Shown one piece after another: positions 56,667 through 64,000 of a stretch of 64,000 nt of DNA (position 1 is its first letter; each line of letters opens with the position of its first letter). The stretch spans positions 32,001 to 96,000 of IMG/VR virus record IMGVR_UViG_3300025810_000004, one strand, 5' to 3'. This DNA is from a virus. The translations under genes and the position numbers were made by a program. A model generated the notes under the pieces. The model did not search any database. It worked only from the letters and a program-made list of their open reading frames with translations, and was not told where the DNA came from.

Positions 56667-59158
56667 CAGTCTTCTCCTCCGCTCAAAGCGAGCACCAAGA
56701 TTTCCAAGAGTATGTCTGAGAGCCCACCAAATATGAACAGCGCACCCGCCCCATACGTCAGTCTGGAGTCCTCTGGTTTGTTCTCCGAGGCAATCAGTCC
56801 GTTGATGACCCCGTTTGTTCCGTTTTCCACCAGAAGCAGACCGCTGAAGGAAGGAAGGTCGAAGAACTGAAGGGACTTCAGGAGGGCTCTGATCTTCTCT
56901 ATCAGAGCCTGCAGCTGGAATATCCGGGCCTGTATGGCTTCTATGTACGCGACTATCTTATCTATCAGACCCTGCAGACCGTCCAATATCCCCAACAGGA
57001 TCTTCTCCACGTTGACCAGAACGTCATCCAGAGGAGCCAGAGCTTCTTCGAAGAACCTCTTCGTTATCCACTGGCTGTCCCCTTCTGGTCTGCTGAGCCT
57101 TGCTCCCGCTATCTGCAGTACAGCCTTGGCGGCCAGAAGAACGCTCCCATCGTCGTACTCCAGGAGGGATTTCCTCACAAAGTCTATCTCCGAGAAGAGC
57201 GCGGGGCTCGTCTTGGAATAGACCACCGGACTCCAGTCTCCAGACCCCTGACCAAACATCCAAATGAACTCAGAAGACCCAGGAGTGGTGTCGTAAACTC
57301 CGTCCCTCGACGGACCCTGCATGAACAGACTGCCGCTTCTTATACCACACCCAGCTGGATTCGAGGCTATGCCCGAATTCGGGTCTTTCGAAGACAGCGA
57401 CTCCAGTATGGTCTGCTCCGGGTATTCAGGTTTGACCTGGTTCCACTTGAAGTTCACCAGCTTGTCCGCAGACTCATACACCAAGTCCATAAGCTCGTTG
57501 GAGGGAGTCGTGTCGAGGAGTATCTGAGACACTCTCTGGACCACAACAAGCAGCTTTCTCCTGAACGAAACGGCGTCGTCTGTGCTGTAGAACTTCTTCG
57601 GGTTTATCCCGAATCTTGGGTACATGGCTCTGGAGCCCTCCAACCCGGTGGGCCTTCCCTTCAGGTGTGTGTTAAAGGCCCAATAAGCGTTGCCCTCGTC
57701 GTTCGTGGGTTGCTCAGCGAAGTCTATCCTGCATAGTATAGCCACTATAACCGCCGATTGTACTGCAGTTATGTAGTCCTTCATTGAGGCGGAAGGGAAG
57801 GCGACCTGTGCGGGGGAGCTTGGGCTCGTGAACTCCTCGAAAGATATCTCCAACCCAGGAGGGTCGGGGAAAATCGCTCTACCTGATTTCTGGGACAGGA
57901 TGTTGTCGTAGTTGAAATTGTAGAGGTGCAGGTTGTTCTTCCCTATGGGGACCGGGGCTGCGGGGGGAGCGGAATCGATACCGATACCCTGCACGTATTC
58001 CTTGGAAAGGGCAGTAACCCGCACGAAATACTTGTTGGTGTCGAAGGTGGTGACCACAGAACTCCCGTCTGGGCTCGCGGTCACCTCTATCCCCATCGGA
58101 AGTTGGTCCTTGCTGAGGAAGGCGTTGAAGGACTGGTTGGCACCCATCTTTGCAAAGAATCCCGCCTTCACAAAGTAAGTGGCTCCACCAACGGGCTTTC
58201 CATCGTTTTCTTCTGCGGTGAGCAAAGAGGGTTTGAACGGTGGTGTGTTCTGCCCCACAGTCAGCAGCAACTTCACCCCGTGCTCGTCAGTGGTTTCCAG
58301 CCTTGAGAAATCCTGAGCCCTCTCCCCTGTTCCCAGGTCGCACACTCCTCCGTACAGCTTCAGCGGACCTCCGGTTGTTGGGTCTATCCCCACCAGGAAG
58401 TCACTGCTTATGTCTTCCACCTCGGAGGACTGTTCCGACTTCGGCCTCTTCACCAGAACGTTGAACCCGTCCGGAAGGGTGGAAACGTGTATGAGGAACC
58501 CCTTGGGGGCGGGGGTGAACAGCTTCCCGTTTGTGGGCTGTTGCCAATTTATAGAGATGCTGTCTGGCACTGTTTCGGCGCTCAGGGACTTGCTGAGATT
58601 TCTGAAGTTCAGAGTTCCCTGAGGCCCAAACAGTATGCTTGGGGTGGTGGGGGTGGGGTAAATTCGGGTGTTGGCGGGAGAGTTATCCCCGAAGAACGCT
58701 ATAATCTTGAATATGAGCTTCAGCAGGAATACGGCGTCCTCTGCAGAACGGTAGGCGAACAGGGCAAGAACCGCTGAAGAGGTAGAAAAATTGGGTCGGT
58801 TGGGGTCGGTCGAATCAAGGAGTCTGGCGAGCATCCTCCGCTCGTAAGCGTCGTATCCCCCAACCAGGTCCTCGAAGGGTGCCTGGAACAGGTTCTTGTC
58901 TGACGTCATATAGACGCCCATCTGCCTCAGGTCGTTGACTATGTTCCGTATCAGAGTTATGATGGCTTCCACTATCGCTCGGATAGGGTCCAATAGGCCG
59001 ACCAGGAACACTTTGATGATGGATAGAATGGCCTGAACTATGTTGAGCACAGCTATCAGGAAGGATAGAACAGAGTCTATCTGTTCTACGACTTCGTTGA
59101 TGGGCTCAAGTATGGGGTCGAGGTTGGGTTGTATGGTAACCCATTCTTTGTCAGCCAC
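56666..59158 (-). CDS. large hypothetical, probable virion protein with amphipathic helical termini
   Basis: 830 aa; I/L-rich helices at both ends. Confidence 0.6.
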   Translation of the reverse strand: MADKEWVTIQPNLDPILEPINEVVEQIDSVLSFLIAVLNIVQAILSIIKVFLVGLLDPIRAIVEAIITLIRNIVNDLRQMGVYMTSDKNLFQAPFEDLVGGYDAYERRMLARLLDSTDPNRPNFSTSSAVLALFAYRSAEDAVFLLKLIFKIIAFFGDNSPANTRIYPTPTTPSILFGPQGTLNFRNLSKSLSAETVPDSISINWQQPTNGKLFTPAPKGFLIHVSTLPDGFNVLVKRPKSEQSSEVEDISSDFLVGIDPTTGGPLKLYGGVCDLGTGERAQDFSRLETTDEHGVKLLLTVGQNTPPFKPSLLTAEENDGKPVGGATYFVKAGFFAKMGANQSFNAFLSKDQLPMGIEVTASPDGSSVVTTFDTNKYFVRVTALSKEYVQGIGIDSAPPAAPVPIGKNNLHLYNFNYDNILSQKSGRAIFPDPPGLEISFEEFTSPSSPAQVAFPSASMKDYITAVQSAVIVAILCRIDFAEQPTNDEGNAYWAFNTHLKGRPTGLEGSRAMYPRFGINPKKFYSTDDAVSFRRKLLVVVQRVSQILLDTTPSNELMDLVYESADKLVNFKWNQVKPEYPEQTILESLSSKDPNSGIASNPAGCGIRSGSLFMQGPSRDGVYDTTPGSSEFIWMFGQGSGDWSPVVYSKTSPALFSEIDFVRKSLLEYDDGSVLLAAKAVLQIAGARLSRPEGDSQWITKRFFEEALAPLDDVLVNVEKILLGILDGLQGLIDKIVAYIEAIQARIFQLQALIEKIRALLKSLQFFDLPSFSGLLLVENGTNGVINGLIASENKPEDSRLTYGAGALFIFGGLSDILLEILVLALSGGED

Positions 59159-59387
59159 TGGTGCCCCCTCCGTTCTTTATACGTTGCAGGGCTATATGCA
59201 GGTCAGCTGCTGTCTGCTTATCCTTCTCCAGTTGGCTTTGGAGAATTCCTTCGATCTTCTTTAGGGCGTCTGCCTGTTCCTTGACTATCTTGGGCATGAC
59301 TCCCTTCTTGCTCTCGGTCTGCTTCCAAGAGCCGTCCACAGGTACTCCTGCTTCCCTGAGTCGTCTTTTTATTTCCTCTGCATCCAT
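59151..59387 (-). CDS. small coiled-coil protein
   Basis: first gene after CATTAG-N6-TAT. Confidence 0.6.
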   Translation of the reverse strand: MDAEEIKRRLREAGVPVDGSWKQTESKKGVMPKIVKEQADALKKIEGILQSQLEKDKQTAADLHIALQRIKNGGGTSG

Positions 59388-59401
59388 ACTTCTTCCCGAC
59401 T

Positions 59402-59416
59402 ATAGTTCATCTAATG
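59402..59416 (-). promoter_or_regulatory. CATTAG-N6-TAT promoter-like motif
   Basis: 15 nt upstream of the 59387 start. Confidence 0.5.
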
Positions 59417-59438
59417 AGGGCTTTGGGTACCATTCCTC

Positions 59439-59864
59439 ATGGCTTTCGAACTGTACAGGATCAAGATAGAGGGTGCCCATACCTTCCAACTATACCTGGA
59501 AGGGAACCCTGTTGTTTCTCACCCAGGAGGGACCTCGGTCCACTCCGTCATGGTGGACGAGGAGGAACTGGGGCAACTCAGGGACCAGATTTCCCAGCTG
59601 GGAAACTCTGTGGAAGTGTTAGACCCCGTTCTTCAGGACCCCGACCAAGAGCGAGAGCGACTCGCTTTGTTGGGGGCGGGGAGAGAGAACGAGGTGTGGC
59701 CAAGTGCTTCTTGCCCCAATTGTTCTTGGTTTGACCCCACCCTCTCAAGGGTATTCTGTGGTAGGTCGGCTTGGCCTACCGAGATGGTCTCCTCGTTTGA
59801 ATCCCATGACTTCTCCACAAAAGACCTGGAGAATTGCCCCGTACCGCACGTGTGGTCCCAATAG
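59439..59864 (+). CDS. hypothetical Cys-containing protein, probably leaderless
   Basis: CPNC..C..C; GGGTACCAT just upstream of ATG. Confidence 0.6.
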   Translation: MAFELYRIKIEGAHTFQLYLEGNPVVSHPGGTSVHSVMVDEEELGQLRDQISQLGNSVEVLDPVLQDPDQERERLALLGAGRENEVWPSASCPNCSWFDPTLSRVFCGRSAWPTEMVSSFESHDFSTKDLENCPVPHVWSQ

Positions 59865-59872
59865 GTGAAAGT

Positions 59873-60064
59873 ATGCCCGTGTACGAATACCGCTGTCCCA
59901 AGTGCGGTGCTGAATTCGAAAAGCTGCTCCGAGTCAGCGAGCGAGATGAACCGCAGCCCTGCCCCAACGAGAAGTGTGACGAGAAACACACCAAGAAGCT
60001 GATTTCTCGTTCCTCCTTCTCTCTCAAGGGAGGGGGATGGGCCAGCGACGGGTACTCGGGGTAA
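59873..60064 (+). CDS. FmdB-family zinc-ribbon protein
   Basis: MPVYEYRCPKCG..CPNEKC..FSLKGGGWASDGY. Confidence 0.88.
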   Translation: MPVYEYRCPKCGAEFEKLLRVSERDEPQPCPNEKCDEKHTKKLISRSSFSLKGGGWASDGYSG

Positions 60065-60150
60065 GCCATGGTTATCCCCTTGGTATACCAGCTCGCAATC
60101 GTGATCTTGATATGCCTTTTCATCCTTTGGATGATGGGAAAGGACAAGCC

Positions 60151-60372
60151 ATGAGCAAGCGCTTGATGAACCACCTGTCGCGGAAGATGGGTCGCAACAC
60201 CACGGCCACCCCCGCTGATAGGGAGACACGCACGGTCACCCTCACACGGTCGGATTTGGGCTTAATCGTGAAGTGGTTTGAGGGCACCCTGAGCGACCAC
60301 GAACGTCACATGGACCCCAACGAAGCCGCTCACATGCGAGAGGTCGTCCACAAGGTCAAGGCAGCAGGGTGA
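60151..60372 (+). CDS. hypothetical protein
   Basis: 73 aa, SD AAGGA. Confidence 0.5.
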   Translation: MSKRLMNHLSRKMGRNTTATPADRETRTVTLTRSDLGLIVKWFEGTLSDHERHMDPNEAAHMREVVHKVKAAG

Positions 60373-60476
60373 TCCACTTCCTTCTCGGCATGGCTACGGG
60401 TGTGTTCGTGTGCACCGCCGTATTCGGGTACGTCGTCTATCACCTCTACAAGTTATTCAAATACGGAGCCTGACCA

Positions 60477-61805
60477 ATGAGCACCGAAGCATACGACTAC
60501 CTGTACGCCACCTACATCTGGATCGACGGCGGCTCCCCTACCCAGACCCTCCGGTCGAAGACCCGCGTGATCATCGACGTGGTGCAAGGCCGGATGCTGG
60601 GGTCCGCGACCGCGAACGCGAACTGGGTTCTGGACCTGGGCGGCGAGTGGGACTGGTCCTTCGACGGGAGCAGCACCATGCAGGCGGACGGGGACTCCTC
60701 CGACTGCGTGCTCAAGCCCATCCGGTTCTTCCGTGACCCCCTTCGCCCCCGGACCCCGTGTCCCGAGACGGGAGAGCCCCGCCATCACCTGCTGGTGCTC
60801 TGCGAGGTCTTCGGTGCCGATGGCGAGCCACACCCGTCCAACTACCGGGCTCGCCTCCGTGACGTGGAGCACGCCATCGAGGAGGAGGCCGAAGACCCGA
60901 CCGGGTGTTGGTTCGGCTACGAGCAGGAGTACACGCTGTTCAAGGGCTCCCGTCCGCTGGGCTTCGGTGAGGATCGGAGGTTCCCCGCAGCGCAGGGTCC
61001 CTACTACTGCGGCGTGGGGGCCGACGAGGTGAAGGGGCGTGATCTGGTCGAGGAGCACATGGAGATGTGCGCCCGTGCGGGCATCCACCTGACCGGAATC
61101 AACGCCGAGGTCATGCCCGGCCAGTGGGAGTTCCAAGTCGGTGGTCCTGGTGCTTATGGGACGCTGGCGGGGGATCATCTGTGGATGGCCCGCTGGCTCC
61201 TGTACCGCTTGGGCGAGAAGTACGGCATCCACGCCACGCTCGATCCCAAGCCCGTCCCCGGTGACTGGAACGGAGCCGGGATGCACACCAACTTCTCGAC
61301 CCCCGCGATGCGCGAGAATCCCGTCTCTGATGACGGCAGCGAATCCGACAGCAGCAAGGGCATCCACGCCATCCACGCGTGGTGCCGAGAAGCCCGGTTC
61401 CGAGTCAGTGACCACCTGTCCGAGTACGGGGACGGCATCGAGATGCGCCTCACCGGGAAGCATGAGACGTGCTCCTACCGTGAGTTCAAGTGGGGGGTCA
61501 GCGACCGCACCGCTTCGATTCGCATTCCCATCGCCACCGCGAAGGCGGGCAAGGGGTACCTGGAGGACCGCAGGCCGAACGCGAACGCCTGCCCCTACCG
61601 GGTGGCCGTCGCCATGCTCAAGACCGCCTACGGGCTCTGGGGGCTCTCCCACGAGCGTCCTGAACCTCTGGAGGACAACCCGTTCGGAGACACCTACGAG
61701 GTGGTCTACACCGAGTACGGCGGAGGGTCGATCGGAAACGTGAGCGACCAGTTGTGGCTGTTCAACCTCAACGACTACACGATCACCACGGAAGGTGACA
61801 AGTGA
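60477..61805 (+). CDS. glnII: glutamine synthetase type II
   Basis: YIWIDG..LRSKT, WSFDGSSTMQA, EQEY, QGPYYCGVG, NAEVMPGQWEFQVG, GDWNGAGMHTNFS, RLTGKHET, YLEDRRP. Confidence 0.93.
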   Translation: MSTEAYDYLYATYIWIDGGSPTQTLRSKTRVIIDVVQGRMLGSATANANWVLDLGGEWDWSFDGSSTMQADGDSSDCVLKPIRFFRDPLRPRTPCPETGEPRHHLLVLCEVFGADGEPHPSNYRARLRDVEHAIEEEAEDPTGCWFGYEQEYTLFKGSRPLGFGEDRRFPAAQGPYYCGVGADEVKGRDLVEEHMEMCARAGIHLTGINAEVMPGQWEFQVGGPGAYGTLAGDHLWMARWLLYRLGEKYGIHATLDPKPVPGDWNGAGMHTNFSTPAMRENPVSDDGSESDSSKGIHAIHAWCREARFRVSDHLSEYGDGIEMRLTGKHETCSYREFKWGVSDRTASIRIPIATAKAGKGYLEDRRPNANACPYRVAVAMLKTAYGLWGLSHERPEPLEDNPFGDTYEVVYTEYGGGSIGNVSDQLWLFNLNDYTITTEGDK

Positions 61806-62008
61806 GCCGCGTGAAGACCATCCGTAGTCGCGGAGGCCACGAGGTCGAGGTCGTGGCCCGACCCCCGTCGAGGAAGCGGCAGGCGCGGGAGTCCCAGCGT
61901 CCGATGTTCGGCGGTCCCGAGTCCGTCATCGGTGAGCGGGTCCAGAAGGATCTGGACAACGAGGTGGTCTACGCCGCCCTCGGTGACATCTTGAACCGGG
62001 GTGAGTGA
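61802..62008 (+). CDS. hypothetical protein
   Basis: GTGA-coupled small ORF. Confidence 0.5.
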   Translation: MSRVKTIRSRGGHEVEVVARPPSRKRQARESQRPMFGGPESVIGERVQKDLDNEVVYAALGDILNRGE

Positions 62009-62226
62009 TGTCTGAGTGGCGAGAAGACGACCCCCGCGAGTCCGTGATGAAGCGTGCCACCATCGCGATCTGCGTCGATAGACTCATCTTCGGGGGGCTG
62101 GTAGAAACCAAACACGCATGGACGATACACCTCCAAAGCACCGACTACCCTGCGGGGGTCGTATCGGCAGACGACCCTTGGCCGAAGGGTTGGCGCTGGG
62201 TCTTCCTACCCGACACTCGGAGGTGA
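62005..62226 (+). CDS. hypothetical protein
   Basis: coupled small ORF. Confidence 0.45.
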   Translation: MMSEWREDDPRESVMKRATIAICVDRLIFGGLVETKHAWTIHLQSTDYPAGVVSADDPWPKGWRWVFLPDTRR

Positions 62227-62502
62227 GTGATGTCTGACGATAAGCCCCGCATCCGATGGTCTGCCACCGAGAAGTACGGCATCGGCATCGACAACCCAGA
62301 GAGGACCCGCAAGACGAAGGACGGCAAGACCGTCTTCATGCCGACCACGCTCACGATCAAGTCATCGTTCAAGGTCACCGAGGAAGACCTGCTCAACGAC
62401 GACCCGATCTTCCCGTTCACGACCCGTCCCAGCGATGTCGCAGCGGAGATCACGGAGATCGAAGACGAGCGGATTCTGGCGACCCTACTGGGGGAGGACT
62501 GA
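62227..62502 (+). CDS. hypothetical protein
   Basis: SD GGAGG; coupled. Confidence 0.5.
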   Translation: MMSDDKPRIRWSATEKYGIGIDNPERTRKTKDGKTVFMPTTLTIKSSFKVTEEDLLNDDPIFPFTTRPSDVAAEITEIEDERILATLLGED

Positions 62503-62771
62503 TGGCTGAACGACTCAATGAGTGCCCGAAGTGCGGCAAGTACCAGTATACGGACATCGTGGTGAAGGCACACAACCCCGACACCACCGACATGAACATG
62601 CGGGCCACCCTCCGGTGTGGTGGGACGGTCCTCGTGATGAAGGACCACCCGACATGGGAGGGCCGGAAGGTCGAGAGTCCGCACGAGGTCGAGGGCTGCG
62701 GCCACGAGTGGGAGGGCATGGTCACATCGCCTCACCACGAACGCCAACGCCGACGAGGATGGGTGATCTGA
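62502..62771 (+). CDS. small zinc-ribbon protein
   Basis: CPKCG..C..CGHEW; SD GGAGGA. Confidence 0.55.
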   Translation: MAERLNECPKCGKYQYTDIVVKAHNPDTTDMNMRATLRCGGTVLVMKDHPTWEGRKVESPHEVEGCGHEWEGMVTSPHHERQRRRGWVI

Positions 62772-62871
62772 TGAAGAACACGACGGGTATTCCTTCTCCG
62801 AAGGAACCATAGCACCGTTCTCCGATGTTATTGGCACAAAAGCCTTCAGTATCTCCTTTCTATGTCCCCTT

Positions 62872-63171
62872 TCACAGGGTGGGATCCTGGGAGTAGAAGG
62901 CGGGACCCATGGTGTGGGGCGACCCGGAGGTCGTCTGTACCACCACCTTGGTGGACCCTGCCAATAGGGCGGAGACCTTTTCACAGGCTTGGCCTATGCT
63001 CCCAGCTTTGACGTGAACGTGGGTTTCGTCAAAGTGGTCTTCAGTATGGTACCAGGGGGTCATGGGGCCTTCCGTTGCCGGGTTGGCGTCCTCTGGTCTT
63101 GGGGGGATGTTGTCGCCTTCTTTCATGAGCACCACTCTGTCTGCTTCTCTATGAAAGTAGTACCACCGCAT
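62872..63171 (-). CDS. hypothetical protein
   Basis: 99 aa, SD GGAG. Confidence 0.5.
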   Translation of the reverse strand: MRWYYFHREADRVVLMKEGDNIPPRPEDANPATEGPMTPWYHTEDHFDETHVHVKAGSIGQACEKVSALLAGSTKVVVQTTSGSPHTMGPAFYSQDPTL

Positions 63172-63375
63172 TTTCTACTTGCTCCGTATTTCTTCTTCAC
63201 AGTTGTAGCGAGGTGTACAACAATATACCGACAAGAACCATTATAATTACTCCCAGAAATTCCAAGACTGGGAGTTTGTCTTCTTTTTCTTCTATAGGTG
63301 CCAGTCCCCTCAACAGGACTTTCCAGAATTCTTCCACACCAATTCCCCTTGTGGGGAAACTCCTCTATGGGGGGA

Positions 63376-63972
63376 TTACTTCACTATGTAGGTCCTGCTG
63401 TTCTCCAGGTTCTTGGTCCCCCTCATATACGGCATGACCCACCTCCGCTTGGAGTTGAGCTTTTCCTCCAGTTCCAGCAGTTCATCCCTGAACTTTTCCA
63501 CCTTCCACTGGAGATACTCTTTTCTGGTATCGGACGCAGATTCGATTTCCAGAGTCAGGGACTTTATATCCTGCTCTTTGCGGTTGAGCTTGTTCTTGAT
63601 GGTGGCCTTCTTCGGCCACCAGTGTCCCCTAACCCAGTGCCTTCTTGGGGAACCCTTATCCCCCGGCTGACCCTCGGTCGGCCCTCCCCAGGACATACCC
63701 CCAACCCAGGTCACCACGTCTCTGGGGATTTTGTCCAGTTTCCTCTGGAGCTTCTTCCCTTTCCCCCTCTTGGGGTCCTTTGTCCTGTTCAGGGAGTCTT
63801 CCAGAGCCTTAATCTTGGTTGCGTTGTCTTCCGTGGCTGGGTCCAGCTCCAGCACCGGGTCTGAGCTGTCCATGTAGAGGAAGGTTCCAAACACGATCCG
63901 AAGCGTGTCTATGATGTGCTTTCGAGCTTCCTGGCCTTCTGGCAGTTCGGTCACCAGACCCAGCTTGCTCAT
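63376..63972 (-). CDS. hypothetical phage protein
   Basis: SPRRHWVRGHW..WVMPYMRG motif. Confidence 0.6.
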   Translation of the reverse strand: MSKLGLVTELPEGQEARKHIIDTLRIVFGTFLYMDSSDPVLELDPATEDNATKIKALEDSLNRTKDPKRGKGKKLQRKLDKIPRDVVTWVGGMSWGGPTEGQPGDKGSPRRHWVRGHWWPKKATIKNKLNRKEQDIKSLTLEIESASDTRKEYLQWKVEKFRDELLELEEKLNSKRRWVMPYMRGTKNLENSRTYIVK

Positions 63973-64000
63973 TACCTCTGGATTCTCTATATCCTCCAGA

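Noticed and set aside
1-64000. Stop-codon reassignment
   Set aside because: Conserved genes end properly at TAG, TGA and TAA, and coding density is high under the standard code.
1-64000. tRNA or rRNA genes; host chromosome origin
   Set aside because: None recognised by eye (tRNAscan-SE not run); baseplate/tail genes and dense unknown ORFs indicate a phage despite the housekeeping homologues.

Overview
This 64-kb window reads as part of a large (jumbo-type), contractile-tailed bacteriophage genome, GC-rich and using the standard genetic code. It holds: (i) a bacterial-style replication/recombination block (Pol III delta'/delta, beta-clamp-like and epsilon-like proteins, RecD2, SSB, RuvC, RecA, split SbcC plus SbcD, Cas4/AddB-like nuclease); (ii) nucleotide and nitrogen metabolism genes (class II RNR, guaA, guaB, type II glutamine synthetase, an NTP-pyrophosphatase-dUTPase fusion, and an adenylosuccinate-synthetase homologue with PurZ/PurZ0 rather than PurA signature residues); (iii) virion genes (baseplate wedge, baseplate J-like, tail tube, endolysin); (iv) mobile DNA (a transposase-less IS607-like RHH+TnpB element in a scrambled haem-c lipoprotein gene, a mini remnant of its ends, a double GIY-YIG endonuclease). 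The strongest candidate for a new system is a putative 2-aminoadenine (Z-base) or related modified-purine pathway in a large myophage, supported by its own GMP/dGMP supply genes. The second is a family of dispersed cassettes: a recurring CGKTAG-N6-TAT promoter-like motif, often a start-proximal hairpin, then a shared ~35-aa leader (LTASDRxxLIRLA) fused to unrelated cargo, possibly a capsid-loading system. All annotations come from motif recognition by eye; no database searches were run.
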